From: Welwitschia mirabilis
Lineage: Eukaryota
Length of the DNA: 42,741 nucleotides
Direction of reading: 5' to 3'
Assembly (NCBI GenBank): GCA_051453625.1
Contig: JBOZIK010000001.1
Span: 38,423,092 to 38,465,832 of the forward strand
Each line of letters starts with the position of its first letter. The first letter of the stretch is position 1. Positions 12,084 through 23,607 of the stretch are shown one piece after another. Position numbers and translations under genes: made by a program. The notes below the pieces were generated by a model. That model did not search any database and had not been told where the DNA came from. It saw only the letters and a list, made by a program, of their open reading frames with translations.

Positions 12084-13474
12084 TGTTGTGGTGTGAATTT
12101 ATTCAGNNNNNNNNNNNNNNNNNNNNNNNNNNNNNNNNNNNNNNNNNNNNNNNNNNNNNNNNNNNNNNNNNNNNNNNNNNNNNNNNNNNNNNNNNNNNNN
12201 NNNNNNNNNNNNNNNNNNNNNNNNNNNNNNNNNNNNNNNNNNNNNNNNNNNNNNNNNNNNNNNNNNNNNNNNNNNNNNNNNNNNNNNNNNNNNNNNNNNN
12301 NNNNNNNNNNNNNNNNNNNNNNNNNNNNNNNNNNNNNNNNNNNNNNNNNNNNNNNNNNNNNNNNNGAAATATATCTTATTTAAATCCTAGTCTTCCTATG
12401 ACAAGACTACTTTTCTATAACTTATGTTAAAGAAAAAGAGTGTTTACTAGTTATTAATCAATATAAACTATGAGATCTACTTAAGTAATACTTGAAATGA
12501 AATAAAAAGGAAAAGAAAGAAACAATGAAAATCTATTCTACTAAATAAGGTTAACCTTAAAAAAGGTTGCCCTTATGATCTAAATAAACTAAAGCTTGTC
12601 ACTTAACTAAGACTAACTTAAATCATAAGGGATATATACCATAATGAGATAAAAGAAGAAATTATATTAATTCAATTAAATCAAAATAACATTCACTTAC
12701 AAAATTAGAATAATAGCACCTCAATGAGAGGGACACAGCCTGACACCAAGGAGTCTCCTTTCTGTAGCATGGGATGAACCTCTTGCCCTTTAAGCTTTTG
12801 TCATAAGTATCAGGTACAAAAGATGGAATGAAAATAAAGAAGGAGAAAGGTATTTATAGATTTTCCTTTGAGGAAATTGGAGGCAAAACCATACAAGTGG
12901 AAAACAGAAACCCTAGTAACCACATGGGTCATTTAACCCCATTTATAACGAAATTTATTGCTACAGTGTAAAAATAGTTCTCATTCTATCTGTCATCCTC
13001 ATAACATAGGGGACGACATTGTCTTAACAGCTTTGGGTGATGTGACATGTGCTACCATCTATCCCATGGGTTGCCTATGCATAGTACTGATATTATCATC
13101 CTGTGTGTCATCTGGACGAACATGCAGATGACACCTTATCAACATATGCATCATATGCTGCTGTCGGTGTCACAAACTTTTGTCCTTATCAGTAGTTTGG
13201 TTGTCCTAGATGTCATGGGAATAACGGTGGAAATGATGCTCTTCTTTTACTTTTTTCTCCAAGGTAAATTAGTCTTTACATTTTAAAGTCCTTTCTCCAA
13301 TCCTGCAGTATTAGAATAAGACCGAGAATCTGGCAAAAATGCTAGATATTACATGTTTTGCTAATCATCCTATCAAATCTTTATAGTTATTGATATTTCA
13401 TCAAAACTTGTATGAATGTCCTATAAAAGTACTCAAAATACACCATCAAATTCCCACAAATTGGCATTGTAACA
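12084..13474 (-). repeat. 5' LTR of element A
   Basis: Termini TGTTGTGGTG...GGCATTGTAACA. Minus-strand TATA (TATAAATA) at 12851-12858. Homologous to the LTRs starting at 23608 and ending at 31634. Confidence 0.88.
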
Positions 13475-14606
13475 TCTACCCTCACAAGGTCGATTAGGAA
13501 TCAAAGTAAAGATGACCAAATAAAGGTCAATCACATACCTTCATAAGGGTGACTAAACATGCATCTGTTCTGTACTGAGAAATCTGTAGCAAATAAGGAT
13601 AACCGAAGATATGAAAGAAGGGTGACCAAATACTCAAATGACTAAGTATTGTATCAAGGTCGACCGTACATAGNNNNNNNNNNNNNNNNNNNNNNNNNNN
13701 NNNNNNNNNNNNNNNNNNNNNNNNNNNNNNNNNNNNNNNNNNNNNNNNNNNNNNNNNNNNNNNNNNNNNNNNNGTTATTGATATTTAATCAAAACTTGTA
13801 TGAATGTCCTATAAAAGTACTCAAAATACATCATCAAATTCCTACAAATTGGCATTGCAACATCTACCCTCACAAGGTCGATTAGGAATCAAAGTAAAGA
13901 TGATCAAATAAAGGTTTACTGAACATGCATCTATTCTGTACTGAAAAATCTATAGCAAATAAGGATAATCGAAGATATGAAAGAAGGGTAACCAAATACT
14001 CAAGTAACTGAGTATTGTATCAAGGTCGACCGTACATAGTACAAATGTAACTGTTACATTTCTAATGGTTCATCAAAATGAACAAAATCTTACAATGGTT
14101 CACTTCTCTTCTCTCAAATGGTTACTTTATGCACTTTTATTACTTAAGCTTCCTTTAAATCAAAAGGAAGACACATTTTTTTACACCAACAAATAGAAAA
14201 AAAATTATCATATCATTATAGAATTATATCTAAATAAGCTGTAAGTTTAAATTTCTATTTGAAGCTATCATTACATCTTTTATGAAGAAGAGATTGCTAT
14301 ACCTTTAAGAGCAAATTTGTGCATCTATGCAACCATCTTATTTCCTTTCTTCTATGGTTGAGAATCAGCCTTAAAATCCTCTAATGTTGGAATAGATTTT
14401 TGATAAACTTGAAAACTAATATTGAGAGTTAATATATGCTGGTTAGGGACAGGAGGTTAAGGGGCTGAAGGGTGGTATGTATCCATCATTAAAATATCTT
14501 GCATCTATGTTTTGTACTTTTATTTATTTTATTTATAGGTTTTGAAGAGTATAAAAATTAGATTTAAGACTATTCACTCCCCTCTAGGGTTGATCCGTTC
14601 TTTTCA
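13475..14606 (+). repeat. Right part of the 5' LTR of element S (includes gap-flank duplicate)
   Basis: Aligns with 21986-23107. Ends ...GATCCGTTCTTTTCA, followed by the PBS. Confidence 0.88.
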
Positions 14607-14608
14607 AG

Positions 14609-14620
14609 TGGTATCAGAGC
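14609..14620 (+). promoter_or_regulatory. Primer binding site, tRNA-iMet (TGGTATCAGAGC)
   Basis: Exact canonical motif 2 nt after the LTR-terminal CA. Confidence 0.95.
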
Positions 14621-14671
14621 AAGGTTAAGCAATAGATCCTAATAAATCTCTAGTCCATTCAACCCTAGAAA

Positions 14672-16200
14672 ATGAGTTAACCTACAAAAGGAAATTCTAT
14701 CACAAGGCATCCCTTCTTTGGTGGAACCAACTATGATTATTGGAAGGCAAAGATGAGGGTCTTTGTTTAATTCATTAACTTTGAAATATGGAAGTTTATT
14801 ACTAATGGATATTATCTTCCTACTATGTAGGATCCTGTAATCAAGTTAGCTACTCTAAAGAGAAAGGACAAGTAGACACCTAACAAAAAATTAGCAGTAA
14901 CTTATAACTTCAAAGGACTGAATGCCATCTTTTATACCATAGGTCTAGAATATTTTAAAAGAGTAGTAAATTGCACCACTACTAAAGAAGCTTAAGACAT
15001 CTTAGAGACCACTCATAAGGAAACGAGCCTAGTAAAGCAGACTAAGCTTCAGATGCTTATCACTCAGTTTGAAGATCTAAATATGGAAGATGATGAAGGT
15101 ATAAATGATTTTTTTGTAAAGCTAATAGATATTGCAAATTATTTGAATTGCTTAAGTAAAATTATTGAATAATCAAGAGTAGTTCATAAATCATTAAGAT
15201 CTCTACCCAAAAGATTCAAATCTAAAGTAACTACCATTAAAGAAAGCAAGGGCCTAAATATTATGAAAATGGATGAACTCCAAGGGAACCTTCACATATT
15301 TGAACTCAAATTTGGAAAATAAAAGAAGAAAAGTATGGCCTTAACTACCACTTATGAAATCTCTGAGATCAAGGATGGATCTAATCACCAGAAAGTGATG
15401 ATGAAGTAGCTCTTCTAGCTGGAAGATTCAAACTCTTCATGTAGAGACAGTAAGATGGAGGTCAATCTAGGAGACCACTAATAAGGAAAGAGGAAGGATG
15501 ATAAGAAATTTTGTGTTATTCTTGAAAAGGTTTTGGTTACATATCAAGTGTCTATCTAAATAATAGAAAAAATGATAAAGAAAAGAAAAGAAAGTCTTAT
15601 CAGTGACATGGGACGATGAAAAGAGTGAGAGTAAATAGAACTCAGATTCAAAACAAGATGGAATCTCTCTTATAGCCATTATAGATGAAAAGATATGCTC
15701 CTCTTCTATCATTGATTTAGTTGTTAGTAATGATACGCTAAATGATATAAAAATGGAACTCTATGGGAAATGTCAAAATCTAACTCATAGAGTAAACAAT
15801 CTGAAAAAAGAAAATAAAAGTCTACTAGATAGTCTTGAGATTAGAGAAAAGAAAATGAAAGATCTAAAGAATAACTTTACCTTAACCTCCTATCGAATTA
15901 AAGAAAATGTATCTAGAAAATCATTCCATTGCTTGTTTAATTCTTATCATAGTTCATATCTCAAGCTTTTATCTAAATTAAACTTAAAATACTCTTTAAC
16001 AAATATTACCTACCATTATTACAGTAAAAAAGGTCATTTTAAGATTGATTGTATTTTTTACAAAAGTTGGTTTTCTCACTTCATGTTAGGATTTAAGTTT
16101 ACTTCGTCCACAAAATCAAATCAACATGCAAGTAAAAATGAATGTCTGAGGTGGATTACAAAATCTACAAATAAAACTCTATTAATCCAAATGGCTTTAA
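14672..16200 (+). pseudogene. copia gag remnant of element S
   Basis: GNSITRHPFFGGTNYDYWKAKMR, LRSLPKRFKSKVTTIKES, and degenerate zinc knuckles CYS*KGFGYI (~15512) and YHYYSKKGHFKIDC (~16010). Many stops. Confidence 0.88.
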
Positions 16201-19200
16201 AAGCAATTAATAATTCTTATTGATATTTTGATAGTGGTTACTCTAGACATATGATAAGTGACAAGTCAAACTTNNNNNNNNNNNNNNNNNNNNNNNNNNN
16301 NNNNNNNNNNNNNNNNNNNNNNNNNNNNNNNNNNNNNNNNNNNNNNNNNNNNNNNNNNNNNNNNNNNNNNNNNTTTAAAAGCGATTAATCATTCTTATTG
16401 ATATCTTGATAGTGGTTACTCTAGACATATGATAAGTGACAAGTTAAACTTTATTAACTTCAAGGAAAATAATGGAAGAGAAGTAACTTTTAGAGACAAC
16501 AGAAGAGCTAAGATTGAAGGCATTGAGAGCATTGATGAAGGTAACTTACCTAATATTCATAATGTGTTATTTGTAAATGGATTAAAGCATAATTTATTAA
16601 GCATTAGTTNNNNNNNNNNNNNNNNNNNNNNNNNNNNNNNNNNNNNNNNNNNNNNNNNNNNNNNNNNNNNNNNNNNNNNNNNNNNNNNNNNNNNNNNNNN
16701 NNNNNNNNNAGGTAACTTACCTAATATTCACAATGTGTTATTTGTAAATGGATTAAAGAATAATTTATTAAGCATTAGTTAAATTTGTGATAAAGGTCAT
16801 AAAGTATTTTTTAATGAAAATAAGTGTAGTGTAAAACACAGTAAATCAGGTCAAATTTTACTTGTACTGAATAAACACAAAAATGTATATTGTGTAAATC
16901 AATCTAACTACTTATCTTTTATCTCATACTGAAGAAGACATCATCTAGTATCAATGTTTAGATCACATTAATTTTAATTCTTTGAAGAAATTATATTATG
17001 ATGAGATAGTCAAGGGTCTTCCAAAAATCTCTTTTTCTCATATAGGATTATTTGATGCTTGCCAAAAAGGGAAATAAATCAAAACATATTATAAAAGGAT
17101 TAGTGATATCACAACTAATAAACTTTTAAATTTAATTCATATGGATTTGGTTGGGCCTATTCAAATTGCTAGTCTATCCAAAAAAGGATATTTTATTTTT
17201 ATGGTTGATGACTTTTCTAGATTCTCGTGGGTATTTTTTCTTCATATAAAATTTGACAGATTTAAAAATTTCATTAAAATTTGCAAGAAAATTCAAACTA
17301 AAAAGGGGTATCTAATCAAGAAATTTGAAGCGATTATGGTAAAGAATTTAAAAATAAAAGATTTAAATTGTATTACAAATCAAATGGAATTAACCATGAG
17401 TTCTTAGCTCCTAAAATCCTTCAACAAAATGGGATAGTTGAAAGGAAAAATCGAAATTTATTAGATATGGCAAAAGTTATGTTAAATGACAAGGATATTC
17501 CAAAATGATTTTGGGTTGAAGTAGTAAATATAGCTTATCATATTTTAAACAGAGTGTATTTGAGGCCCAGAACTTCTAAAACTCTTTATGAGATTTGAAA
17601 AGGAAAGAAGCCAAATATATCTTATTTTAAAACTTTTGAAGTAAGTGCTTCATTCTGAGATATAGAAAAGAATTAGCAAAATTTGATCCTAAATTTAAGG
17701 AAGGAATCTTTTTGGGGTACTCTTAAGTAAAGCTTATAAAGTATTTAACAAATGTACTCTACATATGAAAGAATATATTAATGTAAAAATCGATGATGTC
17801 TCAGATACCTCGAAATTCATTAAACTTGATAAAGATCTAATTCCTTCCTCTTCTATTAATTAAAATGAAGATAACTTAAGAGATAAGCCAATCTTAGAAA
17901 TCAAGGAACTCAAGGATCATCCTATAGACTCTATCATTAGAAATGTTCAGTAAGGTATTATCACTAGGCACTCTCTTAATAAGTTTAGTTCTCATTTTTT
18001 CTTCTATCTCAAGTGGAACCAAAAACCTTTAAAAAGGCTAAATCTGATCCTTATTGGATTAATGCAATATAAGAAGAACTTGAACAATTCTCTTAAAATT
18101 AGATATGGTTACTTGTTTTAAAACCAATTAGGAAGAATGTCATAGGCATAAAGTGGATTTTTAGGAATAAAGTAAATGAGAAAAATGAGATTACAAAGAA
18201 TAAAGCTAAACTAGTAGCTTAAGGATACTCTTCAATAGAAGGAGTAAATTGTGAAGACACTTTTGCATCAGTTGCTCGATTAAAATCAATAAAGATGTTT
18301 GTAGCTTTTTCTTACTACAAGAAAATGAAAGTCTTTCACATAGATGTAAAGATTGCTTTTTTTAAATGGACACATTGAAGAAGAATTTTATGTAAAAAAA
18401 TGTCAAGGCTTCTCTGATTCTCATAAACCTGATTATGTATATAAACTTAACAAGGCATTATATGGATTAAAACAAGCTCCCAGAGCTTGGTATGAAAAGC
18501 TTTCCTTCTTCTCACTTTAGCATGGTTTTTCTAGAGGCTCCATTGATAGAACTTTATTTAAAAAATTTTTGAATGATGATTTAATTTTGGTACAAATCTA
18601 TATGGATGATATTATTTTTGGGTCAACAAATGTAAAATTGTCAAATGATTTTACAAGTCTAATGAGTTCTGAGTTTGAAATAAGTATGGTTGGACTAGTA
18701 AATATGTTTTTAGTTTACAAATTCAATAATATGAAGATGATATTTTTATAAATCAAAAGAAATACTCCTCAGATTTAATCAAAAAATTCAAACTTGAGAA
18801 TATGAATGTATGGAATCTTTAATAATTATAAATACTAAACTTTATCTTGATGAAAATGGCAAGGATTTAGATCAAAAGGTATATCATAGTATTATTAGAA
18901 GTCTATTATATCTAATGGATAGTTGCCCTCACATATCTTTCAGTGTTGGTTTGTATGCTAGGTATCAAAGCAAACCAAAGGAATTACATCTTACTACTAC
19001 AAAGAAAATACTGAAAGGTACTCTAGACTTTGGTTTATAGTTTTGAAATCATACTTCTTTAAGCTTAACAGGTTATAGTAATGCGGATTGAGCCGAATGC
19101 AAAGAGGATTACAAAAGCATGAGTGGTGGATGTTTCTTCTTTAGAAATTGTCTCACCGCCTGGTATAGTAAAAAATAATGCTCCATATCTCTCTCTACTA

Positions 19201-19555
19201 CCAAAGCTGAGTACATAGTTGTTGGAGCATGTTGCACTCAGACNNNNNNNNNGAAAGAAACCAAGATTATGCCCTAAACATCACAGAAGTGCCCATCTTA
19301 TGTGATAACTCAAGTGCTATTCAAATCTCTCATAATCTAGTTCAACATTCTTACACTAAGCAAATCGATATCAGATATCATTTTATTCAAGAATTGGTAG
19401 AAAAGAAAATAGTTACCTTAGAATATATTTGTACTAAAGATCAACTAACAGATATATTTGTAAAACCTTTATCATTTGATTATTTTGTAACTCTTCATTA
19501 CTTTTTGGGTATTAATTTTGAAAATAACTTGGAAAACCTAGATTCTTCTGAATAA
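16200..19555 (+). pseudogene. copia pol remnant (PR-INT-RT-RNaseH) of element S
   Basis: PR *YFDSGYSRHMI and VNGLKHNLLSIS. INT LIHMDLVGP...VDDFSRFSWVFFL and [30 protein letters not shown] and VQIYMDDIIFGS. RH ILCDNSSAIQIS...TKQIDIRYHFIQE...DQLTDIFVKPL. Confidence 0.93.
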
Positions 19556-20132
19556 TAAATTTTAGTTGAGGGGTTTAAACCTTTCATTGTAATATAAGTT
19601 TGAACCATGGTCAATCCACTTCTCAATATGGGGTAACTACTTACCTTTTAGTTTCTTATTATTAAACTTTTCCCTTCACTAAGTCGACCAACCATACCAT
19701 TGAATTAATCAGTTTTGTCCTAGTTTTCTCTTTAAATATTCTAGTTTCTAGGTTGATGGCAAGTTTTTCTCTGGTCAATCTCATTAATATCTGATTTTGG
19801 TTACATAAAGTTGACTTCAACTCTTTTTTAGATTAACCGACTTTGATCTGATTTTCATTACACATCTCTATTTCGTAGGGTTGACTATTTATTTATCTTA
19901 GTTGATTGCTATCTTACTTTTCTAGTTTTAAAAAATTTTACATGGGTCGACTGACCTTACTGATTGGTGATCCATGTTTAATGCAGTATACCACGGATTT
20001 TTAAAATCTGCTTACTCTTTTTCGTCCTTTATTTTTACACTCACTTTTTATTATTTTCTTAGCTTTTTTAGTGTCTCTCTTCACTTTTTTNNNNNNNNNN
20101 NNNNNNNNNNNNNNNNNNNNNNNNNNNNNNNN

Positions 20133-20390
20133 AGCCAAGAGAGGGATCTAAAAAGAGAAAAAAGAAGGCTACTATTAAACCTCAAAGTTATGTTTTTTCA
20201 AGAATGAGCACTGAGCAACTTAGATATTTTGAGAAGCATTTTGAAATCAGAATCATAGCTTTGGAAGAACCTTGACTGTGTAATTTCTAAGCCTAAGGAA
20301 GATTTAGACTTTGCTAAAAGAGGTTAACTAGGATTATTTTCTCCATGTGTATAATACCTGCTACCCTCTGGTGACCAGGTTATTTTATTC
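20133..20390 (+). pseudogene. Start of an extra (env-like) ORF between pol and the 3' LTR of element S
   Basis: MSTEQLRYFEKHFEIRIIAL...DYFLHVYNTCYPLVTRLFY resembles the YPxLVRxFY-type motif of Sirevirus extra ORFs, in the expected position. The rest lies in a ~900-N gap. Confidence 0.6.
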
Positions 20391-21453
20391 NNNNNNNNNN
20401 NNNNNNNNNNNNNNNNNNNNNNNNNNNNNNNNNNNNNNNNNNNNNNNNNNNNNNNNNNNNNNNNNNNNNNNNNNNNNNNNNNNNNNNNNNNNNNNNNNNN
20501 NNNNNNNNNNNNNNNNNNNNNNNNNNNNNNNNNNNNNNNNNNNNNNNNNNNNNNNNNNNNNNNNNNNNNNNNNNNNNNNNNNNNNNNNNNNNNNNNNNNN
20601 NNNNNNNNNNNNNNNNNNNNNNNNNNNNNNNNNNNNNNNNNNNNNNNNNNNNNNNNNNNNNNNNNNNNNNNNNNNNNNNNNNNNNNNNNNNNNNNNNNNN
20701 NNNNNNNNNNNNNNNNNNNNNNNNNNNNNNNNNNNNNNNNNNNNNNNNNNNNNNNNNNNNNNNNNNNNNNNNNNNNNNNNNNNNNNNNNNNNNNNNNNNN
20801 NNNNNNNNNNNNNNNNNNNNNNNNNNNNNNNNNNNNNNNNNNNNNNNNNNNNNNNNNNNNNNNNNNNNNNNNNNNNNNNNNNNNNNNNNNNNNNNNNNNN
20901 NNNNNNNNNNNNNNNNNNNNNNNNNNNNNNNNNNNNNNNNNNNNNNNNNNNNNNNNNNNNNNNNNNNNNNNNNNNNNNNNNNNNNNNNNNNNNNNNNNNN
21001 NNNNNNNNNNNNNNNNNNNNNNNNNNNNNNNNNNNNNNNNNNNNNNNNNNNNNNNNNNNNNNNNNNNNNNNNNNNNNNNNNNNNNNNNNNNNNNNNNNNN
21101 NNNNNNNNNNNNNNNNNNNNNNNNNNNNNNNNNNNNNNNNNNNNNNNNNNNNNNNNNNNNNNNNNNNNNNNNNNNNNNNNNNNNNNNNNNNNNNNNNNNN
21201 NNNNNNNNNNNNNNNNNNNNNNNNNNNNNNNNNNNNNNNNNNNNNNNNNNNNNNNNNNNNNNNNNNNNNNNNNNNNNNNNNNNNNNNNNATCCAATTTTT
21301 TTGATTAACACAAAAAGTTTTTTTAATTATGAAAATCTCTTTGATCTTTACTAGACTTTTTCATGTAAAACTCATATAAATTTAATCAATTACAAATTTA
21401 ATTAAGTCAGGAGAAGACCCATATGTCAAATTATTATTTTTCCTCAATCAATG

Positions 21454-21467
21454 ACAAAGAGGGAGTT
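21454..21467 (+). promoter_or_regulatory. Polypurine tract of element S
   Basis: ACAAAGAGGGAGTT immediately before TGTTGAG, a decayed form of AAAGGGGGAGAT. A second PPT-like tract CAGGAGAAGAC lies at ~21407. Confidence 0.8.
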
Positions 21468-23107
21468 TGTTGAGAACCCATTATCATTGATTAATTTAAT
21501 ACATTTTTGTAGTTAGTCAATTATGTAAATATTTTTTAGCACTAGGTAACTAATTCTTATAATCAGGTGACTGACCTATTAAGAACTATGAAACTGCTTC
21601 AGGTTCAGGTAACTAAACCTATAATATTAGGCAACAAAGCTGATACATCAAAAAGAAGATTGGTTGTAGAATGGATAACCAAGTGTATCCTACTAGGCAA
21701 CTACATTGATACATTAAAAAGAAAACTAGTTTCAACATGGATGACTATGAAAATATATTTAGGTGACTCAGTAAGAACTTCTATGTAAAAAATAAGGTAA
21801 ATACAGGTGGCTGCTCAAAAAGATATGGGCAACCACATTATAATCTACTGAATTCAGTATGATAATAGAATAAATGACTAACGATTTATAGATAGACAAC
21901 TATATGATAACTACTGAATCTTTAGTATCCTGATAGTAAGGGTGACCAAATAACTTAATTATGAGAAATCGCATACTACTCAAAATCTATTCTCATAAGA
22001 TCGACCAAGGAATCAAAGTAAGGATAACCTAATAAAGGTCAACCGCATACCTTCACAAGGGCAATCAAACATGCATATGTTCTATACTGAGAAATATATG
22101 GCAAACAAGGGCAATTAAAAATAAGAAAGAAGGGTGATCGAATATCTGGGTGATCAAGTATTGTATCGAGGTCGACTATACATAGTATAAATGTAACCAT
22201 TACATTTCTAATGATTTATCAAAAAGCGTGAAATCTTATAACAGTTTGCTTCCCTTCTCTCAAATGATTACCTTATGTAGTTTCATTATTTAAGCTTTCT
22301 TTAAATTAAAAAAAAGGCACCTTTTTATCACACTNNNNNNNNNNNNNNNNNNNNNNNNNNNNNNNNNNNNNNNNNNNNNNNNNNNNNNNNNNNNNNNNNN
22401 NNNNNNNNNNNNNNNNNNNNNNNNNNNNNNNNNNACTGAGAAATATATGGCAAACAAGGGCAATCAAAAATAAGAAAGAAGGGCAATCGAATATCTGGGT
22501 GATCAAGTAATGTATCGAGGTCGACTATACATAGTATAAATGTAACCATTACATTTCTAATGGTTTATCAAAAAGCGTGAAATCTTATAATAGTTTGCTT
22601 TCCTTCTCTCAAACGATTACCTTATGTAGTTTCATTATTTAAGCTTTTTTTAAATAAAAAAAAAGGCACCTTTTTATCACACTAACACATAGAAAAAGAA
22701 AAAACTGTCATACCATTCTAGCATTGTATTTGAATAAGATCTAAGTTTAAATATTTATTTGAAGCTATCATTGCATCTTCTATGAAGAAGATATTGCTGC
22801 ATCATTAAGAGAAAATTTGTACATTTGTGCATCCATTCTACTTCCTTTTTTCTGTGATTAAGAATCAGCTTAAAATCCTTTGATGTTGGAATAGGTTTTT
22901 GGTAAGCCTAAAAACCAATCTTAGGAGTTAATATATACTAGCTAGGAATAGGAGGTCTAAGGGTCTGAAGGGTGGTGTTTATCCACCATTAAAATATCTT
23001 GAACCTATGTTTTATACTTTTTTTTATTTTATTTGTAGGTTTTGAAGAGTACAAAAATTAGATTTAAGACCTATTCACCACCCTCTAGGATCGATCCACT
23101 ATTTTAA
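21468..23107 (+). repeat. 3' LTR of element S
   Basis: Starts TGTTGAG after the PPT. Its 3' part matches 13475-14606. Ends GATCCACTATTTTAA (terminal CA mutated). Contains one gap-flank duplicate. Confidence 0.88.
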
Positions 23108-23607
23108 GTTTTATCTAAGCATTCCAAAACTAGAGTAGATAAATATAATTCAAACTCATTTGATAAAATCAAGTTAGGGGCATAATATTGGTGTATACTC
23201 ATGGATAAGGATAAAAAATTTAAATGATTAAGATTTTCATAATTTAAAAAAGAGTTTTAATTAAGTGACAAATTAGGGTTAGAAATAATTTTTTAATAAT
23301 ACTTCATACATAAGTTGAAAAAATTAAGAAGGATATAGGGAGAATATTCATCAAGATTCAAACATTCCAAGTCATGAGAGAACCATCCTATATCTTTATC
23401 TTAACTAACCTATAATTCTTAAATTTTTTTTAATAAAGATATAAATGAATTATAAATCAATGAATAAGAAGAGTCATCATCAAAGATATATCTTAAATCT
23501 TCAAGATGTAAGTCCCTATTAAAAGAAGGACTATTTTTAAGATTTATGTATGAATCACAATTCAAAGAAGATGGTGAAAGATGGGAAAAAATTTGTCATA
23601 GTAAGAA

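Larger units (their letters stand above)
1..13474 (-). mobile_element. Element A: decayed Ty3/gypsy Athila-like LTR retrotransposon (left end unresolved or outside the window)
   Basis: Minus-strand order is LTR(12084-13474), PBS, gag, PR, RT, RNaseH, INT, 3' non-coding region, LTR fragment(333-587). PR-RT-RH-INT order indicates gypsy. A tRNA-Asp-type PBS and no recognisable chromodomain fit Athila. Confidence 0.88.
13475..23107 (+). mobile_element. Element S: decayed Ty1/copia SIRE-like (Sirevirus/Maximus) LTR retrotransposon, 5' LTR interrupted by element A
   Basis: LTR, PBS(Met), gag, PR, INT, RT, RNaseH, extra ORF, PPT, LTR. LTRs are long (~1.3 kb net). A C-rich TATTCAC(T/C)(C/A)CCCTCTAG motif lies near both LTR 3' ends. 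Two gag zinc knuckles. Confidence 0.9.

Noticed and set aside
13047..13286. Short hydrophobic ORFs (also 26504-26725, 38062-38358, 19974-20207) as membrane peptides
   Set aside because: They lie in LTR/UTR or degraded internal sequence, T-rich composition explains the hydrophobicity, and I saw no conserved frame where homologous copies exist.
21545..21950. ~66-bp periodic array as a possible CRISPR
   Set aside because: It has no identical direct repeats and no cas genes, and it lies inside a eukaryotic retrotransposon LTR.
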